Shown: piece by piece, positions 40,568 to 53,737 of the stretch | Layout of the letters: the number at the start of each line of letters is the position of its first letter | Position numbering within the stretch: the stretch's first letter is position 1 | Assembly: GCF_006345805.1 (NCBI RefSeq) | Contig: NC_043008.1 | Coordinates: forward strand, 53,258,001 to 53,322,000 | Origin: Octopus sinensis | Taxonomy: Eukaryota | Length of the DNA stretch: 64,000 bases | Direction: 5' to 3' | The notes under the pieces: generated by a model | The model's input: the letters and a program-made list of their open reading frames with translations, nothing else | Told to the model about the DNA's origin: nothing | Database searches by the model: none | Translations under genes and position numbers: made by a program

Positions 40568-40783
40568 ATATATGTGTCAAATATTCGGTAGCCATGATGA
40601 AACTCTGCGTTTTGGATGTTGGAACGGAAACCCACGCCACCATCTCTTCAGTTATCTGGCCATCATTTCCATAGCATTTTTTCGATGGCCGGATAACTGA
40701 AGAGATGGTGGCAAGGGTTTCCGCCCCAACATCTGGAACTCAGAGTTTTATCTATCATGGCTACCGAATAATTGTCACATATT
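40568..40783. mobile_element. Fold-back element with ~97-bp arms next to (TA)n
   Basis: ttcggtagccatgat...ccaccatctcttcagttatctggccatc / gatggccggataactgaagagatggtgg...atcatggctaccgaa. Confidence 0.8.
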
Positions 40784-40791
40784 ATAATTAC

Positions 40792-40865
<74 letters not shown>

Positions 40866-41324
40866 CATACATATATTAATGTATATGTATATATATATAT
40901 GAACATACTTTCAGGAATACATATACTCCTCAATTGACCTATATTAAATATCAGCCAAGTCTCCCTAAAATCACACCAGGCAATTACTAAATAGTGTAGT
41001 CCTTGATATTCTAAACACAAACATCAGATAAGATCTTTGATCATAGAAATGCTGGATCACAGTTGCCATGGAGATTAAACAAGAACAACAATAACAAGTA
41101 GCAAAGTATTTAAATTGAACAAGGCTCATTTAAGGATTTTAAAGGGCCTTAGACGAAGGACCTGTTAACCCTTTAAATGGGAAATCAAATTCCATGATTA
41201 TCCCAGTAACGACGTTAAATATCTACCAAAAAACTCAGTGCTAGTATTTTCTGCAAGTGACATTGCTTCAATAAACTTGACATATTTTATTTGTATGTCA
41301 CATGCTTTTATACATCGTCCTCAT

Positions 41325-41515
41325 CATCATCATAATCATCATTTAATGTCTGTTTTCCATGCTGGCATGAGTTGAATGGTTTGACATGGAGTTGGCTATC
41401 AGAGGGTTGTCCAGGCACCAATTGTCTATTATGGCATGGATTCTATGGCTGGACATCCTTCTTAACATTAACCAATTAACAGTGTATGTTAGGTGCTTTT
41501 TATGTGCCACCAGCA
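41325..41515 (-). mobile_element. Retroposon family E fragment
   Basis: atttaatgtctgttttccatgctggcatgagttg ... ggctggacatccttctt ... ttttatgtgccacc. Confidence 0.7.
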
Positions 41516-42440
41516 TCTCAACAAAAAAAAATAGTTCCAAACATGACATCCTCAACAAAAGATAGATTACTCCCTGCGGTTAAGCATAACGAAATTTTGA
41601 GGGGATGTATCTGATTTCTGCTGTAAAGGGATTAAGAAACTCTTCCTTATAGCTATGGCAATTTATAAAAATAAACAGACTGTATGAATAGTTGGGGTTT
41701 TTTTTCGGCTTTTTTTTTTGTATTTTAACCCCTTAATAATGCAGTATCAAATTTAATAGTGGCAGCAGCCAGTTGGAATCATTAAAAATATAAAAGACTG
41801 AATGAAGCAGTTTTATTTTAAAAAGCAGGAATAGAATCAGAGAAACTGAATGAATGAAAAACAATAAAGACCACTCTATAAACATCACATTAAAAGCAAC
41901 AAATGGAGAAAGTTTTAAAAGTGTTCAGTATTCGTTATTATAAGAAAAACAAGCTTCGTAGGTATTAGAAATAAGAAGTTATTTGTGTTGAATCTTAGGT
42001 CAGTTTTATTGATTTCCAGATGTAAACGAACGATGTGGGAATAGTGGTAGAAGCAGTGAAAAAAATTTTTAACAAAATATCTTCTGCATCAAGTAGAAAT
42101 CAAGTTTTAAGAGTGTTTACAAAGAAATGAAACAAATCCTTTGATATTACGACAAAATATAATTTGCATATATTGTATGCTTGTAAGTAATGTAATTATG
42201 TGTGTATGTGTGTATGTATGTATGTATGTGTGTATGTATGTGTGTGTGCATGTATGTGTGTATGTATGTATGTGTGTATGTATGTATGTATGTATGTATG
42301 TATGTATGTATGTATGTGTGTGTGTATGTATGTATGTGTGTATGAATGTATGTATGTATGTATACACATACACTAAAACACATCTGAAAACACACACTCA
42401 TCTAGACCACAGTCCAATAAACTGAAGCTAGTAACAGAGA

Positions 42441-42486
<46 letters not shown>

Positions 42487-42535
42487 GTATGTGTGTATGC
42501 ATATAGATATATCTATATATATATATATGTGTATG

Positions 42536-42566
<31 letters not shown>

Positions 42567-42706
42567 GGGGAAGAGAGAAAGAGAGAGAGGGAGAGAGAGA
42601 GAAGGAGAGGAGAGAGGGAGAGAGAGAGAGAAAGAAAGAGAAATTCATACATGCACATACATTTACACACACACACATATATATATATATATACTTACAT
42701 ATATAT

Positions 42707-42767
<61 letters not shown>

Positions 42768-43604
42768 TACTTACATGCATACAGACACACACAGTCACAT
42801 ATACACACATAATAAGGAATCTGGTCATTAAAACATCTTTGAGGAAAAGTAATTTTATTTCTATGAATCCAAAAGCATTCTAAGAAATAACAATTTTCTT
42901 GAAATTCTACAAATCTACATTAAGGGACTCTACAATACTCATTTTTTTTTTTTTATGTTTTGAGATTTTTTACTTTCTTTCGCAGATTTCCAAAAATTTC
43001 AAATTTGCTATTAATGATTAAATGCATCCATTTCTATAGAATTTATTGGTTTCTAGTGCATGTTTATATGCTTTCAGATGCTTTAATTTGCTGTTAGAGA
43101 TATTTTCAAAGAATTATTTCCAATCAATTTGGCTGTTCAAATGAAATTATGAATTAAAATGTGATGTAAAAGTGGTATTTCTATCACCATTGATAGAAAG
43201 TTGGAATTATATAATTAGTCTGAGTATACAACATAAACCAAGGTTACTGCTCCATTGACTAAAAACAGTATTGTTGTGCAGTTTAAAGAAAATATTTTTC
43301 AAAATTATCAAAGAATTATTATTGATATGACTTTCCTCCAAAAACACTTCAAGCTCCTTTATTCATAATAATGTTTATTCATACTAAAACAGGCAAGTGA
43401 ACCAGTGTTTTAACTGAATACCTTTCAGACCGTCAGACCAAAGGTGAAGAAATGATGTTTTAGAATATTTATTTTTAACAGAAATCAAACTAAATTTTAA
43501 GTCAGACTAAATTATTATCCTTCCTCGAAGAGTAAGGAATTCAATGTCACTTAAACTAATCAAATTCTTCTCAAATCCTCATATAGATAATTCTCTTTCA
43601 CTCT

Positions 43605-43795
43605 TTTACTGTGGCCATGCTGGAGCACCGCCTTTAGTCAAACAAATTGATGCCAGGACTTATTCTTTGTAAGCCTAGTACTTACTCTATCGTGTGACAA
43701 CCAGCATTGGTTGTCAAGCGATGTTGGGGGAAACCAAAACACACAGAACACACAACACTATAAAACACACTCCATACAAAACAATATACATATAT

Positions 43796-43886
<91 letters not shown>

Positions 43887-44049
43887 TATATTCGATGGGA
43901 TTCTTTCAGTTTCCATTACCAAATCCACTCACAAGGCTTTGGTCAGCCCGAGGCTATAGTAGAAGACACTTGCAGAAGGTGCAATGCAGTAGGACTGAAC
44001 CCAGAACCATGTGGTTCATAAGCAAGCTACTTACCACACAGACACTCCT
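43605..44049 (-). mobile_element. SINE family A
   Basis: ggccatgctggagcaccgcctttagtc ... (TA)n ... ggactgaacccagaaccatgtgg ... accacacagacactcct. Confidence 0.88.
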
Positions 44050-44880
44050 ATGATAATTGATAACATAATCATTATAAATATCCCTAGATTCTGAATTTTA
44101 GCATTTAAAGAAATTTAGTTTTTACTTATTTATATTTCTCATCTCAAATCAAAATTTTAAATGCAAGTAGAGTGATCCTGCATAGTCCTTCAGTAAGGGT
44201 ATCAATGGAAAGAGTACTTGTAATATGCTAGATCATATTTTAATCAACAAGTAAACAAATTAACCAAAGTACTTTGACTCACAGGCAATAAACAAACCAC
44301 ATATGATGCAAAAATTACACAGGCCAATAAGACAGAGACTCCATGTCGTCCTTCATCCTACTAGAAACAGCAATGAAAACTCCCTCAATTCACTCTCAAC
44401 CAACTTAAAAATTATGGGGGAAGGTAGATTAATGTAGTCCTGGAGTACTTTGTTCCCGAAAAAATTTCAAAAATGAAATTGCCATAGCTTGATCAACCAT
44501 TTGGTTCTCTTTGTAATCAAAAGTTTACTTTATAAGAACATATAATAAAGACATTATATAAATTTCTCTTGACAAAATTTACATTTATAAACACAGACCA
44601 CACACACACATACACACACACACACACACACACATGCATACACTCACACATACAGCCACACACACAAACACACATATATACATACATAAATACATACATA
44701 TATATACATAAAATTAGTATATATAAAATTAATATATATATATGATAATGATGATGATGATATATATATATAAAATTAGTATACATACAGAAAATATGTT
44801 GTCTATTGACTTTTTATACATGCTAGGCCGCTGGTAGGGAAATTTCTAAAATTTTTGCTACCCTATCTTATTATATATAT

Positions 44881-45126
44881 ATATTAGAAAAAATGATGTA
44901 CTCAGAAATCTGGATGGTTTTACATTTACAGATTTTTATTTATATGTCACATGTTTTTATAAATCATATATTAGCGCTTGCATCTACTCTAGTAGAATCT
45001 CCAGGTTTTGACAATTAAATTAGATGCAAGCGCTAATATATGATTTATAAAAACACGTAACATATTAATAAAAATCTGTAAATGTAAAACCATCCAGATT
45101 TCTGAGTACATTATTTCTTCTAATAT
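44881..45126. mobile_element. Fold-back element of the same family as 39024-39279, lacking the ribozyme 5' core
   Basis: Arms 44881-44986 and 45021-45126; both arms stop at gatgcaagcgcta. Confidence 0.8.
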
Positions 45127-45217
45127 ATAATACCTGTACATCACTTCCAAACCTTATAATATATATATACACACATGCATATATAATATATATACATATA
45201 GAAATATATATGAACTG

Positions 45218-45482
45218 GCACAACATCAGTTATGATGTTGAGTGTCTTAGTTGATCTGATCAACAGAATAACCTGCTCATAAACACATGCACACTTAATG
45301 TAGTTCTCAGGGACACAGGCTGGCACTTTGAAATACAAGTACAGCTCAAATTTTGCTCCCTGAGCAGACTGGAGTAATGTGAAATAGAGAGTCTTGCTCA
45401 AGGACAAAACACACTGCCAGGAACCAAACTCCTGACTTAATGACCACAAGCTGAATACCTTAACAACTAAGCCATCTACCTT
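45218..45482 (-). mobile_element. Old CORE-like SINE
   Basis: Reverse complement: gatggcttagttgttaagg ... gtccttgagcaagactctctatttcacattactccagtctgctcag. Confidence 0.65.
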
Positions 45483-45519
45483 CAAATACAGACACACACA
45501 CATACATTCTATAGCAACT

Positions 45520-45602
45520 ACCTCTGATGAGTTCAGAGTTACATAATCAGACTGTAGCCTAACACTCCATTGAACCCCTAGTGCGAAACCAATTGATGAG
45601 AT
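45520..45602 (+). ncRNA. Degenerate hammerhead-like motif
   Basis: acct-CTGATGA-G...C-GAAA-CCAATTGA-TG-agat; intact core, palindromic CAATTG; cleavage site and stem II imperfect. Confidence 0.35.
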
Positions 45603-45613
45603 CCGTTGTATGC

Positions 45614-45695
45614 ACAGAATGTATGCACAGAATGCATTTATATATAACATACCCAGAATGTATGCACAGAATGCATTTATATATAACATACCCAA
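45614..45695. repeat. Exact 39-bp tandem duplication
   Basis: cagaatgtatgcacagaatgcatttatatataacatacc x2. Confidence 0.85.
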
Positions 45696-46747
45696 GTTTA
45701 GAAAATTACAATTATACACAAACATAAAATATATACACATTTAAATTACCTTTTAGAAAACTAAGTACGCACACAAAATGCATATATATTTATAACACAT
45801 TTCAGAAAACTATATATATACATATATATATATACATATATATATATACACACATATATATATATAAAAATACATGTTATATATACATATTATATATTCC
45901 ATTTCAGAAACCTACAAATAAGACAAAATATATACATATCACATATCACATTCTAGAAATATGCAAATATATACACACACATGTAATACATATATATTTA
46001 TGTCACATTTTACAAAAGTACAAATATATAATCACGTTATACACACATTCTTATATCTCATTTTAGAAAAACTAGAAATACAAACATGTATAAACAATGT
46101 ACACGTTATTTATATATATATATATATATATATCACATTCTGCAAATTTTCTAATGTATGCGCATATCATTTCCAATTTAAAATGAAATTTGGAGAAAAC
46201 AAATAAATGAATATGTTCTGTGAGCATGAAATATTCTGCCTTTAGAACAGTTTAGCTTAGATTTTTGTTGTTTTTGTTGTGGCTCTTGCTGTGTTGCTAT
46301 GGTAATTTCTAACCACAGTTGTATGCATATATATACATATAAACATACACACATACATATATGCATATATGCATATATACATACGTACCTACATACGTAC
46401 ATGCATACATACATACATACACGCACACATATATATGCATACACACATAGATGCAATCATACATACATGCACACAAACACACACACACACACATATGTAT
46501 AGATGGATATATATATACACACACATATATATATTATATACATACACATTTATGTAAATATATCGTTACATATGTATGTATGTCTATATACACACACACA
46601 CATATATATATATTATATACATATACATGTATGTAAATATGTTATTATATATATGTATGTGTATGTATGTCTATATATATGCATATATACATATATACAT
46701 ACACACACACACGCACATATATACACACATATATATATATATATTTG

Positions 46748-46793
<46 letters not shown>

Positions 46794-47311
46794 CATATAC
46801 ACACACACATGCACATACAGATATATACATGTGACCTACACTCAAGCACATCTTTGACACAATGTTTGTGTCCTTGAGATAGTTCCTCATGCATGTATAA
46901 ACAATAGGTCTCTCCAGCTTTCTTGGAGTCTATGAGTGTTTGATGAAGATTATTAGACGTAGTAATATTGGCACCATCACCACCACCCTCTTAGCCCCTC
47001 TCTCTCTCTCTCTCTCATTCTCTTTGTCAGTGTGTGTCAAGAAATGTCTGAATGTACGGCTATGTGTATTTTTCTGTCTGTATGTGTAAATGTGACTCTA
47101 GGTATGTATATTTGTATCTATGTAGCTAGGTATTACCAGTGTGTATATGTATGCATATGTGTGCATGTATAGATATATGTGTGTGTCTTTGCATATATGC
47201 ATGCATAAACATGCAGAGGCGCACACATGCACAGATATATATATATATACATATATATATCCTTTTACTTGTTTCAGTTGTTAGACTGCAGCCATGCTGG
47301 AGCACCACTTT

Positions 47312-47370
<59 letters not shown>

Positions 47371-47491
47371 GTATGTATGTATATGTATATGTAATATGTG
47401 TGCATATAATATAGATATATATATTATATGTGTGTGTATATATATATATATATATACCACACACACACACCCCACACAATATTATAATTCC

Positions 47492-47870
47492 TCATCATCA
47501 TCATCATTTAACGCCTGTTGTCTATGCAGGCATGGGTTGGATGGTTTGTCCGGGCTGGCATGCTGGAAGGCTGCACCAGACTCCAATCTGATTTGGCATG
47601 GTTTTCTATGGCTGCATGTTCTTCCTTAATACCAACCACTCGAAGAGTGTAATGGGTGTTTTTAAATGCCACCAGCTCAGGTGGCATTTTTATGTGCCAC
47701 TAGAATGGGTGCCATTTGCGTCACACTGGTATCTTCCATGACTGTGATTTTGTTCAGCTTGATAGTTCTTCTTCTCAAGCATGACATAATGCCAAAGGTC
47801 TCGGTCATTGCCTCCATGGGGCCCAACGCTCAAAAGGTGTTCTTTACGGGTCACTAGCATGGGTGCCAGT
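47492..47870 (-). mobile_element. Retroposon family E
   Basis: catcatttaacgcctg ... ccttaataccaaccactcgaagagtgtaatgg ... subrepeats. Confidence 0.7.
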
Positions 47871-47875
47871 TATAT

Positions 47876-47914
<39 letters not shown>

Positions 47915-48309
47915 CATTTATGTGTGTGTGTGTGTTTTGTGTGTTGTCCCTGTGTCTGGGTGTATGCAGCTCTATGAATGATGTAAGTTTGTAATTCTAT
48001 GGATATATATCTACATGTGATGCAATATTTGTCATCTATACATGTGGCGCCATGTATCTATGTGTGCATATGTACGTTTCTTGTGTGGGATTGTTTGTCA
48101 GCGTGCATATGTGTTTATGAGTGTCTATATGATGTGTATGTGTATATGTGTATGAGAGCATATGTTTATATAAGTGTTTGTATGCGTATAACGATGTGTG
48201 TCTTCGGTATATTAATTAACTCTATTTGCTCGGAAATAAGATTAACGATGTTTAATTCCTGATGACTCGTTGCCTCTTTTGGGTTTTTTTGTTTTTTATA
48301 TGTACATCA

Positions 48310-48830
48310 GTATCACTTTCCACATTATCATCACCATCATCATCAAGATCATCATCATTGCCAATGTCATCACTATCATCATCATCATCACACCACCGTC
48401 ATCGTCATCTTCACTGTCATTGTCTTCTTCTTAATCATCACCAACATTATCATCATCATCATCACCACAATCGACCATGTTCTCATCATTGCTTTAATCA
48501 CCCCCACCCCCACCATTATCATTGTCATCATTATCATCATCATCATTGCCATCATTTTCATCATCCTCAACACTACCGCCACCATCATCACTACCACCAC
48601 CATCCTCTTCTTACTCCTTCTCCTCATCATTACCACCACTGTCATTAACATCACTGCCATCATCACCACTGTCGCCTCTACTACTACCATCACAAGTACA
48701 ACCACTGCCACCGCAATCAATCTATTCTTCCTCATCCTCACCACCATCACCATCACCATCATCATCTTCCACATCATCATCATCATCATCATCCATCATC
48801 ACCATCTTCTGACTCTACAACCACTGCAAT
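48310..48830. repeat. Imperfect (CAT/CAC)n low-complexity tract
   Basis: Direct reading; produces His-rich and Met-rich pseudo-ORFs. Confidence 0.9.
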
Positions 48831-49107
48831 GACATCAGCTGCTCAGCTTTGGCTGCTCTCATACCACCTCTACTCGGCCATTCTCTCTCCTCTCATCATC
48901 ACTAATGTAGCTAGAGTGGGGAGAAGGGGACGGTCCACCCCCAGGTGGCACTTCTACGGGGCTCTGTTGTAGGTTATAAGCTTGTATAGGCTGTATTGAG
49001 ATCAAATAATGATGGGTTTTAATGTCGGGACATGGACACTACTCACCATTAAATGCCACAATCAATATAATCACTGAGAAATATGTATTTATTGTGGGGG
49101 CCTGGCG

Positions 49108-49460
49108 GTACTTGTACTTGTACTCGTGACGGCGTTCACCCAGGGTGGGTTGAGCCAGCTTCTTCTCTGGTCCTGACGGCATCACAAACCATGGCGGCCC
49201 ACGCTCGATGGTCCTGTGTGAGGTCACTAGAGATAACGAACCATTTGCGGTTCCATCTGAGCAAATGACCATCTGCGGACCTGAGAGTTTGGAGAGGTCC
49301 TCCTTTAATATCGTTGCCCAGGCCTTCAGCTGCCCGCCGATGCGTTTGCACCAGCTGGGAAGTGGAGGTGGGAGGACGACATTGCGAATCAGTGCACCCT
49401 CTGGACAGGGGCCTGGGTACAGCAAACTGAAGAGCAAGGGCTGCCCCAGGCAACACACAC
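49108..49460 (-). mobile_element. RTE-clade LINE 3' end (frameshifted ORF2 C-terminus)
   Basis: LPPPLPSWCKRIGGQLKAWATILKEDLSKLSGP, then after a frameshift RWNRKWFVISSDLTQDHRAWAAMVCDAV...PG*; (TACAAG)n tail. Confidence 0.85.
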
Positions 49461-50341
49461 TCTAGCTACACAGGATCGTAATATTACTATACATGCACAA
49501 CATGTTATTGGTTATTGGTTATTGTAATATAGACATCATCCTATCTAACCTATTATGTTATCAAAAAAATATAACAATGAAAACAATATGAGAAAGATGT
49601 GGTATATAATTTTTTTTTTTTGTGAAGGGGGTTCCTTGAAACATGTAATTTATTTTAAGGGTTACACAAGGGTTAAAAGGTTGAGAAACACTGCCTTAAA
49701 TACTGTATAAAGGTCAAAAAAGGTCATATAGGGAATACACACTATATAAATACATATGTATACACACACCTGCACACAAATACACACACACACATACACA
49801 CACATACACACACACAACATGCACACATTTAATATATATATTTATATATACATGTACATAATTCTTTTTAGAATAGTGGGTCTTCAAACATATAAAACTT
49901 TAAATATTAGCTGAGATGAAAAAGCCTTTTTGGGACAGAAAAATGCTGTTATTTATAGTTTTATCTGTCTTCTACAAGATCCACTATTCCAAACAAAAAT
50001 TATTTCACGTTCTCTTGAAGTTTCTAAGTTGTTATTACATCAACAGTATATACATGCCTATAAAAGCATGCATGCTTGATGCGTATGTGTGTGTGTATCC
50101 ATATATGTGTGTATGTATATCTCTGTGTATGCATGTGTGTATGTGTGTACAGATACACATATATACACATACATATAAACACAGACAAACACACACATGT
50201 CTATGTATGTAGGTCTGTGTGTGTGTGAACACATCTGTATTTGAGTATGAAAGAGAGAGTGAAGGCAAGCATGTGTTTGAATTTTGATGCTTCTACACAT
50301 ATGTATATACTTACACACACACACACACAAATTTTAAATAA

Positions 50342-50533
50342 TTTTTATATTTCGAGTGCAAAGGCCCATCTTCAGAAAAATACAAAGAAATGTGTATTTA
50401 AACAGATCCTATTATTTTGGATAGTTTGGTACTTATGCTTGTAGCAGACTATCCAAAATGGCAGGATCTATGTAAATGCACATTTCTTTGACTGTATTCT
50501 TCATGAGACAGGCCTTTGCACCTGAAATATAAA
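50342..50533. mobile_element. Fold-back element with possible minimal hammerhead
   Basis: Arms 50342-50425 and 50448-50533; left arm minus strand ttttt-CTGAAGA-tgggcctttgcactc-GAAA-TA-TA^-aaaa; stem II weak. Confidence 0.6.
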
Positions 50534-50609
50534 GGTTTTTAAAACGTACTGCATTGTCAGAAGCTCTCTTTATTTCTTATTTCATTCACTATTATTTAGG
50601 TTGCAAAAA

Positions 50610-50827
50610 ATGGCAGTGAATTGTCAGAACCATTAGCATGCCAGACAAAATGCTTAGCAGCATTTTATCTGTCTTTACATTCTGAATTTAAGTTCTGCCA
50701 AGCAGGGCATTTGTCTTTTACCCTTTCAGAATCAATAAAATAAGTACTAGTAGCTCACTAAGGTCAATGTAATCTATAAGTCCTTCCCATCAAAATTTCA
50801 AGCCTTGAGTCTATAAGTAGTAAAGAT
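50610..50827 (+). mobile_element. SINE family B, old
   Basis: gaattgtcagaaccattagcatgccagacaaaatgcttagc ... ccctttcagaatcaataaaataagtac. Confidence 0.7.
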
Positions 50828-50849
50828 TGTGAGCTGTCAGAATCATTAA

Positions 50850-51069
50850 CCCTTTCGTTACTGTATTTATTTTGAGATGCTCTGTGTTTCTTTCAGTTAC
50901 TTTAAATATAACAAAGAATTTAGTGAATTAACTTCATTATCATTCAGCTAGTGTTAAGAACATAAATTGTGACTAAGGTTTGGTGGAAGATATTAATTCA
51001 GAACTTTTGAAACCAAGACATTTGTACTGAGAGCCAGAGCCGGTTTCAGCCGGGTTGGTAACGAAAGGG
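50850..51069. mobile_element. piggyBac-type MITE (220 bp) with TTAA TSD, inserted into a SINE B head
   Basis: TTAA|ccctttcgttac ... gtaacgaaaggg|TTAA; flanks rejoin as gagctgtcagaatcattaatgc. Confidence 0.9.
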
Positions 51070-51269
51070 TTAATGCATCAAACTGCTCAGTGACATATAC
51101 ATTCTTTACATTCTGACTACAAATCCAAGGTGAGCTTTGCTTTCCATCTTTTCAGTATAATTACAATATAATACCTGTCAGGTACTTGTTTGGTGTAACT
51201 GAATTGCTCACTCTCTTCAAAATTGCCAGCCTTATGCCACAATTAGAAACGATTTATGCTTCTTATTAA

Positions 51270-51449
51270 CCCTTTCAGTACCAACCCAGCTGAAACCGGC
51301 TCTGGCTCTAGTACAAATGTCTTGTTTTCATAAGTTTTGAATTAAAATCTTCCACCAGACCTTAGTCACAATCTATGTTCCTAAATGGTAACTAATTTAT
51401 TTTGCTAAATTCTTTGTTATATTTAACCCTTTTGATACCAACCCGGCTG
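51270..51449. mobile_element. Two truncated copies of the same piggyBac-type MITE
   Basis: TTAA|ccctttcagtaccaaccc at 51270; second start TTAA|ccttttgataccaaccc at about 51427. Confidence 0.8.
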
Positions 51450-51546
51450 CATCTAGGTAACCAAAATTTTGCTTTGGAGTTCAGGCTTTCTCATTGGCTC
51501 ATTGCCAAAATGTTGATTTGGTTTAGAGCAGGGAGGTAATGTTTAA

Positions 51547-51758
51547 CCCATTCGTTACCAACCCGGCTGAAACTGGCTCTGGCTCTGTTGTGCAAATGTC
51601 TTGTTTTCATAAGATTTGAATTAAAATCTTCCACCAAACCTTAGTCACAATTTATGTTCCTAAACGATAACTAATTTATTTTACTAAATTCTTTGTTATA
51701 TTTAAAATTAATTGAAAAAAACGCAGAGCATCTCAAAATAAATACAGTAACGAAAGGG
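51547..51758. mobile_element. piggyBac-type MITE (212 bp), TTAA TSD
   Basis: TTAA|cccattcgttacc ... gtaacgaaaggg|TTAA. Confidence 0.9.
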
Positions 51759-51889
51759 TTAAGGCAATATGAACAAGCAGAATCCTGTGTTGGACAAAAT
51801 ACTTAAACAGTACTTCTTCCGGCTCTTTATATTCTGAGTTCAAACTAGAAAGAGATTTTATGATTATCATATTTTTGTTTTTATTGTTA

Positions 51890-52105
51890 TTTGAGCTGAC
51901 AGAATTGTTATCATGCCAAACAAAATCCCTTAGAGTCACTTCTTCCAACTCTATGTTCCAAGTTCGAATTCCAGCAAAGTCAACTTTGCCTTTCATTCTT
52001 TCAGGATCAATAATATAAATACCAGTCAAGCATTGGGGGTCGGTGAAACTGACTAGCTCCTTCACACAAAATTCTGGGCCCTTTGTGCCTGTAGTAGAAA
52101 AAAAC
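51890..52105 (+). mobile_element. SINE family B
   Basis: gagctgacagaattgtta ... gtcaactttgcctttcattctttcaggatcaataa. Confidence 0.7.
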
Positions 52106-52171
52106 TATTATCATCATCATCATCATCATCATCATCATTATCATCATTATTATTGATCCTCGAACATCATT

Positions 52172-52203
<32 letters not shown>

Positions 52204-52564
52204 TGTTGTTGTTGTTGTTATTATTTTTGCCAGCCTTAACTTCAAAGAATATGGCAGCTTATAGCTTTCCTTGTTTTAATTAATTTGTCATAAATTTTTT
52301 TTATTATTATTTTACTTAATTGAGATAATTAAATTTGTTTGTCTTAATTTCTGTATTGATTTGCTTGCTTTACTGCCCCCAACCCCACAAAAAAAAAAAT
52401 TGAATGATTGCAAGAAATCTGTTTGAACTTAGTTGTAGAAGGTAGCTAGAGAAATGGTTATATGCTATTGTTGGCCTCTTCTGTTCTGCATGATTCCTCT
52501 TTTGTATAAAACCAAAAAAAAAAAAAATGAAAACTGGAAACGTTTCATTACATTATCAGGAATA

Positions 52565-52601
<37 letters not shown>

Positions 52602-52655
52602 CACATTTAGTTTAAATAAAAATTTATATTAATTATAATTGCATATGTAATTCAG

Positions 52656-52689
<34 letters not shown>

Positions 52690-53149
52690 CATTATATATA
52701 TATATATAAATTATACATGTATATGAATATTATATACATATATATATATATAATTATATATATAATATTATACATAAATATAATATTCATATATATATAT
52801 TATACATACATATAATATACATATGTATAATTTCTATATATATAATATACATATGTATAATTTCTATATATATAATATACATATATAATATACATATAAT
52901 ATACATATGTATAATATACATATGTATAATATACATATGTATAATTTCTATATATAAATTATACTTACATTATATATATATGCATGTATATAAATCTATA
53001 CATATTATAATATATATCAATGTGTTTGTATGTGCATATGCATGTGTGCATATATAAATATATATATATACATGTGCACACACACATATATGTATGTGTA
53101 CATACTTATATACATGAGTGAGTGGACAAGTGAAAGAAAGTGGCACTTA

Positions 53150-53480
53150 GTACTTTTTGTATGGTTTACATGTATTATTTGAAAGCAGTTTTACTCTCTG
53201 CCCTGCAACTTAAATTTCCATAGGTTCATAGAACGAACCTAACTCATCAGACATTTGGAGATCAAATAACAGAAAATGAGACAAATTGAAGATGGTTTCT
53301 AGGTGTACTACCTCTATTGATCAGCTCACATCATACGATGCTATTGGCTTTGGAAATGACATCAGATCATATCTGTGTTTTACTTGGTTGGATAGGATGT
53401 TGATAGCAGCTGTCAGTGCTATAGCTGGAAGCTGCAGTATTGTTTTAGTACTATCAGTTCATTGTGTTTGCTGCTACACA
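53150..53480 (-). mobile_element. Old HHR-bearing repeat, copy A
   Basis: Divergent inverted homologue of 54390-54715; minus: CTGATGAGttaggttcgttctatgaaccta-tGGAAA-TTTAAG-TT-GCAGGG. Confidence 0.65.
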
Positions 53481-53520
53481 TGGCAGATCAAGTGGGATCG
53501 TGGAAGACTAACACTATAGA

Positions 53521-53681
53521 CACAGGCGTGGCTATGCGGTAAGAAGCTTGCTTTGTAACCATATGGTTCCGGGTTCAGTTCCATAGCATGACACCTTTGG
53601 TAAGTGTCTTCTACTATAACGTCAGGCTGACTGAAGCCCTGCAAGTGGACTTGGTAGACAGAAAATGAAAGAAACCTGTTG

Positions 53682-53737
<56 letters not shown>

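Noticed and set aside
43429-43443. 15-bp plus-strand microexon (tttcag|ACCGTCAGACCAAAG|gtgaag)
   Set aside because: The donor is weak, an equally good minus-strand donor overlaps it, and such matches are expected by chance.
45141-45740. 199-aa minus-strand ORF
   Set aside because: It is a composite of a 39-bp duplication, a hammerhead-like remnant, a SINE and a TA tract, with no domain signature.
48262-48812. His-rich, Met-rich and Ser/Pro-rich ORFs resembling metal-binding or structural proteins
   Set aside because: They come from an imperfect (CAT/CAC)n tract, open in multiple frames, with no splice or domain evidence.
53286-53519. ORF with a transmembrane-like segment followed by cysteines
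   Set aside because: It lies antisense within a repeat that has a diverged homologue at 54390-54715, and it runs into a SINE.
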